Below are positions 48,644 to 57,122 of a DNA stretch of 64,000 nucleotides, piece after piece. Under the pieces are notes generated by a model. It saw only the letters and a program-made list of their open reading frames with translations, made no database searches and was not told the DNA's origin. The position numbers and the translations under genes are program-made. Positions within the stretch are counted from its first letter, which is position 1; every line of letters begins with the position of its first letter. The DNA comes from a virus (taxonomy: Duplodnaviria; Heunggongvirae; Uroviricota; Caudoviricetes), in IMG/VR virus record IMGVR_UViG_3300047560_002175, positions 1-64,000 of that record. The stretch is one strand, 5' to 3'.

Positions 48644-49852
48644 TTATGAAATCTTCAATAATATAGTATCTTCATTAATGCGACCGTTTAATTTAGTATC
48701 GGTCGCATTAATATCTTCTAAAAACTTACGCAACATGATTTTATTCGCATCTTTAAACTCTTTAATCTTTTCTTCTGGCTTTCTTATAGATTTTTGAACA
48801 CTTTTATGCTCATCAAAACCTAAAATAACAGTACCTTTAACAGTTAAAGGCCCTGTAAACTCATCTGCAACGTATTTTCCAATTTTTCTGTTCTTAGTAT
48901 TGTAAACCCATAGCTCAGATGCACCAATTATGTTCACTGGATTAGCAGAAACAAGCTTCAATGGTTCAAATGTCTTCAAATATTTCAATTTTTCAACTAA
49001 TTTGTCCTTAGAAACTGACTTTTTAACTCTTGGGGCTTTATTAACCTTGCTTTCTTCAATCAACATGTTGCATGCTGATTCAATTTCTTTATAAAATGCC
49101 AATAAATTTCGTATTTCTTTCTTAGATTTAGTATTATATGCTTCTTGAAGTTGTTCGTAGCTGTCTAATTTTGTTTCATCAGTGGGTTTTCCGGCATTTA
49201 GCTCTTCTAAATCCTTTAAATTACGCGAGTAAATGTCTTTAATTATACGTGCATGCGCTGCTTTAGTTTCCTTAGCTTTAAACACGTTTATTAGCTTAAA
49301 TGCTTTGGGATCAAACGTAGCTGCGTTAGTAACCCAGCTGTCTATAGCATCTTCTATAACTTCGCACATGCTAATAGACGCTTCTTTTACACGAGCTTGT
49401 ATAGTAATAGTTTGAGTTGGCTTTTTAATATCGCTATCTTCATCTTCTACTTCAATATCAGCAGTACCTGCTTCAATAGTATCAGCAATTGCTTGTCTTA
49501 GCCATTCAGCCGCATCTCTGCCGTTATTAAAAGTTTCATGAACAGCTGGCATACCTCTGACAAGACAAGAAGCAATAGAACCCATAGTAGTACTTGACCG
49601 CCAATCTTTAGTAGCTTTATAATCTGTAATTTCTTTGTCTGTAAAGTCATTTGTATTCATCCATTTAAGTACTGCTGGTTTAATATCTTTACTGCTCAAT
49701 TGTAAATTATAATAATGCATGGCATTATGCCATCTTTTTCTATATTCACTTGGAGACCAATATTCCCAGTCAGCCCAACTTGGGCTTAAATCTTTCTTAG
49801 CATTTTCACGTATTGTTACTGATGTAACTTTTGTTTTCTTTTTTGTTGCCAT
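48644..49852 (-). CDS. Hypothetical protein
   Basis: 402-aa ORF convergent with the fibre operon. Confidence 0.45.
   Translation of the reverse strand: MATKKKTKVTSVTIRENAKKDLSPSWADWEYWSPSEYRKRWHNAMHYYNLQLSSKDIKPAVLKWMNTNDFTDKEITDYKATKDWRSSTTMGSIASCLVRGMPAVHETFNNGRDAAEWLRQAIADTIEAGTADIEVEDEDSDIKKPTQTITIQARVKEASISMCEVIEDAIDSWVTNAATFDPKAFKLINVFKAKETKAAHARIIKDIYSRNLKDLEELNAGKPTDETKLDSYEQLQEAYNTKSKKEIRNLLAFYKEIESACNMLIEESKVNKAPRVKKSVSKDKLVEKLKYLKTFEPLKLVSANPVNIIGASELWVYNTKNRKIGKYVADEFTGPLTVKGTVILGFDEHKSVQKSIRKPEEKIKEFKDANKIMLRKFLEDINATDTKLNGRINEDTILLKIS
48676..48716. repeat. Perfect 13-bp inverted repeat (ATTAATGCGACCG...CGGTCGCATTAAT) at the convergent junction, inside the 3' end of the ORF 48644-49852
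   Basis: Seen directly. No U-run on either strand. Confidence 0.7.
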
Positions 49853-49853
49853 G

Positions 49854-50651
49854 TTATGTCCAAAGTCCGTCTCTTATTTTAATAAGTCTAATCATCATTT
49901 CAGTATCTTCGATTTGATATTTTTGTTCAATCTCATGTTCAATTTCTCGCATAGATTTAAGTTTAGCATCTTCTTCTGGAGGACGATCTCTAAATATATC
50001 ACCTGTGTCGTTATCGTAAAACTCATTAATACCCGATGTATCACTTGGATCAACTCGGTTAGGACGCTCTTCAGTCCACCAAGTATATAATCTTGCAAGT
50101 TCTATTGCTACTACTGCTTGGTGTGATAACCTTGGAAAGTTAGATTCTGAATCAGGATAAGTTATTGAAGAAGCCCATTGTAAATAGTCTAAACCAGCTT
50201 GTTTACAACGCCAACCTCTAACATGTCCAAACCAACGATCTGGGTAATTATATTTTTCTTTTGCATGTTCATCGTCCCATCTAATATAACTCCATGCTAA
50301 TTCAATTTCAACAAAATTAACTAATTCGTTAAACATACATGGTAAAAATCTACCACCAAGATCTTGCCATGTTCCGGGTTTAATATCTTGTGGGTGAGCA
50401 GTCAATGCATGTGTTTTTGTAATCCATCTATTATCAATATAATATTTAATATTGTAATAAGTGTCTTGAGGAAACATAACCACATCTTGAATTTTATCAA
50501 GTAGTGTTTCTGCAATCCAATATCGAACTGGGTGGGTGGCCTTAGCAATCGTAGAAATAGAAGTCCACCCTTCACTAGATGCGTATTCAGGGTACTCAGT
50601 TCCACGAATCCAAGTACCAAACTTGCTTAAAGACCAATAGTTAGCTCTCAT
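49854..50651 (-). CDS. Hypothetical protein
   Basis: 265-aa Trp-rich ORF. Confidence 0.45.
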   Translation of the reverse strand: MRANYWSLSKFGTWIRGTEYPEYASSEGWTSISTIAKATHPVRYWIAETLLDKIQDVVMFPQDTYYNIKYYIDNRWITKTHALTAHPQDIKPGTWQDLGGRFLPCMFNELVNFVEIELAWSYIRWDDEHAKEKYNYPDRWFGHVRGWRCKQAGLDYLQWASSITYPDSESNFPRLSHQAVVAIELARLYTWWTEERPNRVDPSDTSGINEFYDNDTGDIFRDRPPEEDAKLKSMREIEHEIEQKYQIEDTEMMIRLIKIRDGLWT

Positions 50652-50663
50652 TGTTTTTATCCT

Positions 50664-51164
50664 TTAGTTATTTACGAATTGTTGTAAACTTGGTGGAGAA
50701 TAAGATTCTGGTTTTAAGATCTTACCATCCTCTCTTTTGATAACTTTACCTGTAGTTGGATCTACTTTAGACATATTTGATCGAATTACTTCATTCCATG
50801 CACCTTCTGCATCTACACCTAATGAATGTAATGCACCAACTGTAACAACTAAAATATCAATTAGTGCATCAAGTTGTTCAACACGATCATTATCATCAAC
50901 TGCAGCATGTAATTCACCGACTTCTTCTTTAATTAAATCTAAGTACATATTATATTGTGATTCACTGTAAGTGTCAACTGATTGATCACCAGCTATCATA
51001 AATGTTTTTTGATCTGTAAATACGTTTGTCATATAATTCCTTTTTTTAGTTGTTTCTATTAAATCTTTAATTATTTCTTTGTCGACTTCTTTCATTATTT
51101 CTTCGCCTAATATACGAGTTAGTTCTCTTTCTTGCAGTGACCGGTAATGTGGTTTAAGTTTCAT
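50664..51164 (-). CDS. mazG: MazG-like nucleoside triphosphate pyrophosphohydrolase
   Basis: EEVGELHAAVDDNDRVEQLDALIDILVVTVGAL pattern of the all-alpha NTP-PPase family. Confidence 0.65.
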   Translation of the reverse strand: MKLKPHYRSLQERELTRILGEEIMKEVDKEIIKDLIETTKKRNYMTNVFTDQKTFMIAGDQSVDTYSESQYNMYLDLIKEEVGELHAAVDDNDRVEQLDALIDILVVTVGALHSLGVDAEGAWNEVIRSNMSKVDPTTGKVIKREDGKILKPESYSPPSLQQFVNN

Positions 51165-51244
51165 CTTCTGGTTCCATTGCTAAGTAAATTAAAGCACATT
51201 CTTCTAACATTTTAAATTCTAATTGCATTGCTGTCAACTCTGAT

Positions 51245-51439
51245 TCATTCATTTTTAATGTCTTTGGTTAGGGTTGGTGTAACACATCCGACCGGTTTAG
51301 GTCGGATGTATGGTTCTTTTATAAACTCTACGTGGCAATCCACGCATATAAACATATCCCTAGATGTTATAATTAACATCCCAGCGCCGCAACGCGGACA
51401 CTGGTTTCCTGTTACTTCTTCATATGACTGTGTAGTCAT
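51245..51439 (-). CDS. Small Zn-ribbon protein
   Basis: CPRC...CVDC. Confidence 0.4.
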   Translation of the reverse strand: MTTQSYEEVTGNQCPRCGAGMLIITSRDMFICVDCHVEFIKEPYIRPKPVGCVTPTLTKDIKNE

Positions 51440-52800
51440 TTAGTCTTTCCCATTGCGCTATCAAACTGATCCTGTATTCGTTGCAACGAATCAGCTTCTG
51501 ATTTATCTTTGCGGAACTCTACAAATCTTGGCAAAAATAAACTGTAATATTGGTTGCTTGATGTAGGTGGCATAATGTTATTAGATTTAATTGTTACAAT
51601 AGTTCCATATAACTCGTCTTTACGAGTAAAGATATCTTTACGTAAATCATCTGAGAAACCAGAAGCATTTACTTCTAACAATTCATCTGAAGAGCGACAA
51701 GTAATTGAACCAAACAGTTTTTCGTTTTTACCTTTGCCTTCTGTAAATCCTACAATTTCTAAATCAACATCTACTTCAAGTTTAAGTTTAACTTGGTCTT
51801 TGCTTGTACCATCACGCCATTTAGCATCTGGACGTTTAATAATAGTACCTTCAAGACCTTGTTCTACTAACTCAAGGTAATGTTTAAATGCTTCTTCCCA
51901 TGAAAACACTAACTTAGTTTCAATCATTTTAACATATTGATAATCAGTTACTGCTTGTGATGCTACTCGATTTTTTAATTTATGGTATCGATCCCTATAC
52001 TCTTCAGAGCCTTTACCTTTTGGTACAGCTTCAGATAACGGAATTTGATCCCATACTAAAAATAATGGCCATTCATTTTCAGCAAACGATCCGCCGTCTG
52101 AAACACTGTTTAAAATACCATTGCCAATTTCACGTGGTAACACAACTCCGTCACGACATACAACAAGTTCGCCATGTGTTTGTGTATTACATTCCATTTT
52201 ACGTTGCATGTAATCAACAATGCCTTTAAATTGGTCTAACGGCATTGGATTACCACTTCTGCTTAATAATTCAATAGACAAGTCTTCATAGAAGTTAGCA
52301 TTGATATACATGCCGTCTGCTTTTAACTGTGAATACACACCTTTAGACCATGGCCAAGTATCAAGTTTAACATGTTTAGGTAATGAGCAACGTTGATATG
52401 GAAACTCTGGAATTAAACCCTTCCACACTTTATTTACTGTGGCTGCTTGAACACCACAGCGCAAGTCTTTATTTACAATTTTGATAACAACCTGTGCATC
52501 TTGTGCTGATACTGATTCTAAAATATTTTTAAGATGATCAATGCCTGCGTGACCTGTATAAGTACGGTCAGCTAGTGCATGTAAGTGGACAATAGCTTCG
52601 TCAAGCTGCATTTTTGCAAGTCCTGTGTTAGGAGTAAACTCAGGAATTTTTTTGATATTAAACGGTAGTAATTTATTATTAGCACAGTAGCAAATGTCTT
52701 TCAACAACTTGTTAGTGCTGTTCTGTTTGAGGATAGCTAATTTAGCGTTAGTTTTAGGTTCATTAGCTAACTGCTCTAAAATTGTAGAGATCATATACAC
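51436..52800 (-). CDS. ATP-dependent DNA ligase
   Basis: KADGMY adenylation motif (KxDG), about 450 aa as in T4 ligase. AGGAG RBS. Confidence 0.75.
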   Translation of the reverse strand: MYMISTILEQLANEPKTNAKLAILKQNSTNKLLKDICYCANNKLLPFNIKKIPEFTPNTGLAKMQLDEAIVHLHALADRTYTGHAGIDHLKNILESVSAQDAQVVIKIVNKDLRCGVQAATVNKVWKGLIPEFPYQRCSLPKHVKLDTWPWSKGVYSQLKADGMYINANFYEDLSIELLSRSGNPMPLDQFKGIVDYMQRKMECNTQTHGELVVCRDGVVLPREIGNGILNSVSDGGSFAENEWPLFLVWDQIPLSEAVPKGKGSEEYRDRYHKLKNRVASQAVTDYQYVKMIETKLVFSWEEAFKHYLELVEQGLEGTIIKRPDAKWRDGTSKDQVKLKLEVDVDLEIVGFTEGKGKNEKLFGSITCRSSDELLEVNASGFSDDLRKDIFTRKDELYGTIVTIKSNNIMPPTSSNQYYSLFLPRFVEFRKDKSEADSLQRIQDQFDSAMGKTK

Positions 52801-52823
52801 TCCTGTTTAATTAAAAAAAATAT

Positions 52824-52852
52824 ATTATACAGCAATTAGCTAATGTTGTCAA
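52824..52852 (-). promoter_or_regulatory. Sigma70 consensus promoter (TTGACA-17-TATAAT) for the DNA ligase
   Basis: Minus strand reads TTGACAACATTAGCTAATTGCTGTATAAT. Confidence 0.6.
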
Positions 52853-52955
52853 GAGTTAATCATCTAATAAAAACATTAGTATTGCCAGTGTTGAAATGAT
52901 TGCGCACATTACTGCACCAAATTCGTCTGCTACATTAGTCATAAGTATTCCCCCA

Positions 52956-52987
52956 TAAAAAAAGCTCTTGGTGTCAACCAAGAGCTT
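52956..52987 (-). terminator. Rho-independent terminator after the BI-1 gene
   Basis: AAGCTCTTGG-TGTCAA-CCAAGAGCTT hairpin followed by a U7 run on the minus strand. Confidence 0.65.
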
Positions 52988-53007
52988 TGATACCATGCTA
53001 ATAATAT

Positions 53008-53712
53008 TTAGTCTTTGGAACTAAGGATGTTTAATAAACTTAAAAATAAGTTGATAAAATCCAAATACAAGTTCAATGCACATAACAGTTCGGTATTAGT
53101 GTTTGCGCTATATCTGAGCATTTCTTGAGTTTTCTGAACATCGTATGCAGTAAAGCCCATAAACACAATAATAGTAATGCCACTAATAACTAAACTGAAT
53201 ACTGAACTCATAACAAAGATATTAATCAGCCCAGCAAAAATCAATGCAATTAAACCAACCATTAAAAAGTCACCCCATGATGACAAATCTCGTCGTGTAT
53301 AAGCACCATATACTGCCATAGAACCAAATAGCACTGCTGCACTGGACAATGCAGTAGCAACTGATTCAAACGAAGCCATTGCTATTGCTGGCCCCATCAT
53401 AACACCAATCATCGATGAAACGATTAAAAATCCAACATAACCAACGACTGAACTAGCATCATCGTTAGTTAAAAACCAAGCTAATAACATTATTGCAGGT
53501 AATGGTGCAAATATTGAAACCCAAAGCATAGGGCCGGTGTATAAGAAATGCATTAGTGCAGGACTGGCATAGACTGCTGCAACTGTCAAAAATGACGTTA
53601 AGATTGATAAGAACACATTTTTATATACACGCACCATTGGTGTATATACAAGTTCTTTTTGTAAAGCTGATAACATATTATTCTCCTTTATATTTAGGTT
53701 GTTGACCTGCAC
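53008..53712 (-). CDS. Bax-inhibitor-1 / YccA-family seven-TM membrane protein
   Basis: MAVYGAYTRRDLSSWGDFLMVGLIALIFAGLINIF and ISGITIIVFMGFTAYDVQKTQEM match the BI-1/YccA signature. Confidence 0.7.
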   Translation of the reverse strand: MQVNNLNIKENNMLSALQKELVYTPMVRVYKNVFLSILTSFLTVAAVYASPALMHFLYTGPMLWVSIFAPLPAIMLLAWFLTNDDASSVVGYVGFLIVSSMIGVMMGPAIAMASFESVATALSSAAVLFGSMAVYGAYTRRDLSSWGDFLMVGLIALIFAGLINIFVMSSVFSLVISGITIIVFMGFTAYDVQKTQEMLRYSANTNTELLCALNLYLDFINLFLSLLNILSSKD

Positions 53713-53962
53713 TTGCCATAATAATTTCTTTATTAGGTCCGCAGGAATAAAATTCTACTTCGTAAAGATCTCTCGCGTGACCTAAGTATGTACACCCAAG
53801 AGGTTTTGAAATTGCTCGTCTTTGATCAGTGTATTTTACAGTATTAAATGTTAATCCTCCAACTACTGCTAACCCAACCATTACAACTGTTACTAATGCG
53901 GATTGAAATATCAGTCCGCCTAATACTCCTAAGAAAATTATTAGTATCATTGTTAAAATCAT
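53678..53962 (-). CDS. Small two-TM membrane protein
   Basis: 94-aa ORF overlapping both neighbours. Confidence 0.35.
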   Translation of the reverse strand: MILTMILIIFLGVLGGLIFQSALVTVVMVGLAVVGGLTFNTVKYTDQRRAISKPLGCTYLGHARDLYEVEFYSCGPNKEIIMASAGQQPKYKGE

Positions 53963-54987
53963 TCTGTAACTCCTTTAGAATTGTGATAATTATATAGTTC
54001 AAATGAAGCAAGGTTTTTGCCTTTGCTTTCTGCCATTATGTCAAAGTTATCTAAAAAGCTCAATGCCCAGTCATTGACTGCAACATTCCAGTAAAAGTTA
54101 GAATGAGCTCGAAGTTTTTGTTTATTTAATCCAGATTCAAGCAATAGTTGAAGTTCTGGCAAAGTTTGTTTGTTATGGGTTGGTAGCACATCTTCCCTAC
54201 TAATAGAATAATGCATAGTGGGGCGACGACCACGCCAGCTATCAATAACCCTTTGTACGCGCTCATCGTCCGGCTGTATGTATTCGCCTGTTTTAATAAA
54301 GTGATGGTGTATATCCAAAACCACAGGTACTCTACTAGCAAGGGTAAGGCAGTCATCAAGTCCAAAAGAAATCTCCTCATTTTCTACAGTAATACAATTT
54401 TTAGCAACATCGCTTAATCTTTCGTAAGCGTCTAAGAAACCTTGTGGACCACGTTTACCTGCAATATGCACATTGATTTTCATATCCTGAAATTCCTTGC
54501 CATATCCCATCCAACGTGCCATGTCTGCATGATATTCAAATTCTTCAATACTGCGTTCAACTACGTCATCTCGATCAGATGCTAGTACACAAAACTGACC
54601 TGGGTGGAAACTAAGTTTAATATCATTCGTTTTTGCAATTTCGCCAACACGAGCAAACTCACGCGCAATATAAGCAATCACATCAGGTTTTTTGTAAAAG
54701 TAAGAATAGTTTTCGTGTGTGTAAACAGGAAGTATATCGCTACTAATACGTAACATACGTAATGGTTGTGGAAGTGTAGAAACTTTGAGTACTAATTTAC
54801 GAGTAGCTTCAATATTTTGTTTTATTAGTTCCCACAGTTTTTTCTCAGCATTAGCTGGGAGTTGTCTGCCAAGCCAAGCAACTGTAGTAGTGCCTGTGTT
54901 ATATTTTTTACAATCGTCAGTTGATTTAATTCCGTCAACTTGATGCGGAAAATCAATAAACTTGCAAGCAAAGCCTATTCTGTACAT
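53959..54987 (-). CDS. uvdE: UV-damage endonuclease UvdE
   Basis: RISSDILPVYTH, SFHPGQFCVLAS, INVHIAG, ITVENEE, LDIHHHF and DIMAESKGKNLA line up with Bacillus/S. pombe UVDE. Confidence 0.8.
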   Translation of the reverse strand: MYRIGFACKFIDFPHQVDGIKSTDDCKKYNTGTTTVAWLGRQLPANAEKKLWELIKQNIEATRKLVLKVSTLPQPLRMLRISSDILPVYTHENYSYFYKKPDVIAYIAREFARVGEIAKTNDIKLSFHPGQFCVLASDRDDVVERSIEEFEYHADMARWMGYGKEFQDMKINVHIAGKRGPQGFLDAYERLSDVAKNCITVENEEISFGLDDCLTLASRVPVVLDIHHHFIKTGEYIQPDDERVQRVIDSWRGRRPTMHYSISREDVLPTHNKQTLPELQLLLESGLNKQKLRAHSNFYWNVAVNDWALSFLDNFDIMAESKGKNLASFELYNYHNSKGVTE

Positions 54988-55011
54988 GAATACCTCGTGT
55001 TAGTAGTGAAT

Positions 55012-55037
55012 AAAAAAGGGGTCATAAGACCCCTTAT
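55012..55037 (-). terminator. Rho-independent terminator
   Basis: AAGGGGTC-ATAA-GACCCCTT hairpin plus a U-run on the minus strand. Confidence 0.6.
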
Positions 55038-55040
55038 TGT

Positions 55041-55289
55041 TTAAGCAACGTTGTGTACTGGTTCACTAAATTTTAATGCAAACCATGCAAACTTTTCATC
55101 GGAATTAAATTGAACGTATTGTTCGTTGTCACCGTCAAATACAATGTGTGCATCGTATTCTGCTAATGCTTCTTGTGCAATACGTCTAACGCCGTCTTTG
55201 TCGTTGTCAAGAATATGTTGACGAACTGTTGCCATGTACCAGTTGTCGTGAAGTTTTGTATCAAATTCTAATTTATGCATAGTAAACAC
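55041..55289 (-). CDS. Hypothetical protein
   Basis: 82-aa ORF with its own promoter and terminator. Confidence 0.4.
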   Translation of the reverse strand: MFTMHKLEFDTKLHDNWYMATVRQHILDNDKDGVRRIAQEALAEYDAHIVFDGDNEQYVQFNSDEKFAWFALKFSEPVHNVA

Positions 55290-55304
55290 CTCATGTAAGT
55301 AATT

Positions 55305-55333
55305 AAAAAAAATATATTATACAATAATAATAA
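55305..55333 (-). promoter_or_regulatory. Sigma70-type promoter (TTGCAA-17-TATAAT)
   Basis: Minus strand reads TTGCAATTGTTTTATTATTATTGTATAAT. Confidence 0.5.
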
Positions 55334-55357
55334 AACAATTGCAAGTACTAAGACATT

Positions 55358-55388
55358 CAAAAAGAAAGGAGCCTAAGCTCCTTTCTGT
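55358..55388 (-). terminator. Rho-independent terminator after pmoC
   Basis: AAAGGAGC-CTAA-GCTCCTTT hairpin plus CTTTTTG on the minus strand. Confidence 0.6.
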
Positions 55389-55404
55389 ATGTACAACTTA
55401 GATA

Positions 55405-56175
55405 CTACGCTAAGTTGGATTTAAGTAATTTTGAAATAGCTTGTACTTCAATATTTACCACACCTAATACACCTAAAGCAGCCCATCCAAAGAATACAAA
55501 CCCGTAGTGTAATGGTGCTACGAATAGTTCTTCCATGAACCAGAAAGTGTGTCCCCATTCGTTTAATCCAACGTTTGGAAGAATCATAAATGGCCCGATT
55601 ACAGATACCATGTATTGTAATGGTAAGCCTTTTTGGTAGGTAGGCAAGCGTGTTTTAGCATATAAGAATGCTGCGACACCTGTGATGATGTAGATAGGAT
55701 AACTTAGATAAAACTCAATAACATGACTTGGTGTAAAATCAGTATCACGGACAATCGTTTGATGCCATGTACCATCTTGTTCTGTAAAGTATGAAGCACC
55801 GTAATAAATTGCAATACCATACATTACTAACCAAACCCAGTGTGTAAAATGTCGACGCAGTTCCTCGCGAGGTGTAATTGACATTACGTTGCGATCACGT
55901 GATTTCCAAAGATAACCCCATAATACAGAAGCGGTTAGGATTTCAAGAACCATTTCAATGTATAGGAAGTTCATCCAATATGTTTCAAACTCTGGTGCAA
56001 ATGAGTCTAAACCAGCAGACCATCCATAAACACCTTCATACCAACGGACCCACCCGTAAAATACAACGTACAACGCTGCACCTGCGAGCATGTTTGTTTT
56101 GTTTAAAAGTGAAGCTTCTTTAGCTTCAGCTTTTACTGTTTCAATTGTAGCTGACATGTTGTTTCTCCTAAGCAA
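55405..56175 (-). CDS. pmoC: Ammonia/particulate-methane monooxygenase subunit C (AmoC/PmoC family, bacterial type)
   Basis: SYFTEQDGTWHQTIVRDTDFTPSHVIEFY...AFLYAKTRLP and MILPNVGLNEWGHTFWFMEELFVAPLHYGFVFFGWAAL closely match bacterial AmoC/PmoC. Six hydrophobic helices. AGGAG RBS. Confidence 0.85.
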   Translation of the reverse strand: MLRRNNMSATIETVKAEAKEASLLNKTNMLAGAALYVVFYGWVRWYEGVYGWSAGLDSFAPEFETYWMNFLYIEMVLEILTASVLWGYLWKSRDRNVMSITPREELRRHFTHWVWLVMYGIAIYYGASYFTEQDGTWHQTIVRDTDFTPSHVIEFYLSYPIYIITGVAAFLYAKTRLPTYQKGLPLQYMVSVIGPFMILPNVGLNEWGHTFWFMEELFVAPLHYGFVFFGWAALGVLGVVNIEVQAISKLLKSNLA

Positions 56176-56270
56176 GGGAAAATAAAAACGAAGTGCAACA
56201 CCCGTTACACTTCAACTCGAGTTAAAACTATTTATAATAAACTGAGTATTTTACTCTGTAAATATTATAA

Positions 56271-56298
56271 ATTGTGTTACATTATACAGTAAAAAAAT
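56271..56298 (-). promoter_or_regulatory. Sigma70-type promoter (TTGACT-16-TATAAT) about 100 nt upstream of pmoC
   Basis: Minus strand reads TTGACTTATTATTTTTTTACTGTATAAT. Confidence 0.55.
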
Positions 56299-56325
56299 AA
56301 TAAGTCAACAATTAATTTTACCAAT

Positions 56326-56532
56326 CTATCTTGGTGGGAAATCTTGCGGTGGAAGTGGATGTCCTTCATGTTTGTGATGTCTGGTATAATGATGTTCTAA
56401 ATTACCAGGTCTAATATAATCACGGTGGACAGGCTTTGAATCGCAGCCTGTCATTAAAAATACTGCAAATAGCAAACTAACGACTAGTAACAATTTCATC
56501 GACAAGCCCATACATAACACTCTCTTCAGCAC
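56326..56532 (-). CDS. Small His-rich lipoprotein (candidate periplasmic metal-binding peptide)
   Basis: Lipobox LMTGC. Mature part contains HHYTRHHKHEGH. The start may be at an internal Met because the ORF overlaps the clpP 3' end. Confidence 0.45.
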   Translation of the reverse strand: MLKRVLCMGLSMKLLLVVSLLFAVFLMTGCDSKPVHRDYIRPGNLEHHYTRHHKHEGHPLPPQDFPPR

Positions 56533-57058
56533 TCATAAAACAATCACGACTCATGTCTTGTTTAAGTTTTTCAAACGATTGTCCAGTGTTTTTTACATAC
56601 ACTTCAGTTAAATAAGTATTCAACTTTAATGTTTCTTCAAGTGCAATTTGCATGTCAATTGCAGTACCGCGTGTACCTGAACTAACTTGATGAATCATGT
56701 GTCTTGCGCTTGGAAGAATTTTACGTTTACCTTTAGCACCTGAACTAGCAAGTAAACTGCCCATACTACATGCTTGACCCATAACAATAGTAGAAACATC
56801 TGGTTTGATAAAGTTCATTGTATCGTAAATTGCAAGTCCTGCAGTAACTGAACCACCTGGGCTATTGATAAAGAAGTGGATATCTTCGGTACCTTGACTT
56901 TCTAAGAACAGTAACTGGGCAACAATAATACTTGAAGATTGTTCGTTAACATCTGTATCTAACATAATAATCCTATCTTTGAGCAATCGCGAATAAATGT
57001 CATAACTGCGTTCGCCTTTTGCTTCTTGTTCTACGACCATTGGGATTAAACTTGGCAT
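56477..57058 (-). CDS. clpP: ClpP serine protease subunit
   Basis: GQACSMGSLL (catalytic Ser) and HMIHQ (His), with the typical ClpP fold pattern. GGAG RBS. Confidence 0.85.
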   Translation of the reverse strand: MPSLIPMVVEQEAKGERSYDIYSRLLKDRIIMLDTDVNEQSSSIIVAQLLFLESQGTEDIHFFINSPGGSVTAGLAIYDTMNFIKPDVSTIVMGQACSMGSLLASSGAKGKRKILPSARHMIHQVSSGTRGTAIDMQIALEETLKLNTYLTEVYVKNTGQSFEKLKQDMSRDCFMSAEESVMYGLVDEIVTSR

Positions 57059-57089
57059 TGTATCTCCTTGTGTTAAGTAATAAAAGTAT

Positions 57090-57118
57090 ATTGTAAAGTA
57101 AAACTATTAAGAAGTCAA
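57090..57118 (-). promoter_or_regulatory. Sigma70-type promoter (TTGACT-17-TACAAT) for clpP
   Basis: Minus strand reads TTGACTTCTTAATAGTTTTACTTTACAAT. Confidence 0.5.
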
Positions 57119-57122
57119 ACTA

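Noticed and set aside
51165-51244. A 32-aa minus-strand ORF (MNESELTAMQLEFKMLEECALIYLAMEPEDET) plus a TTGACA-N17/18-TAAAAT promoter candidate upstream of mazG.
   Set aside because: The ORF is tiny and overlaps the mazG start. The promoter has a non-consensus -10 box and an ambiguous spacer, so neither is reported as a feature.
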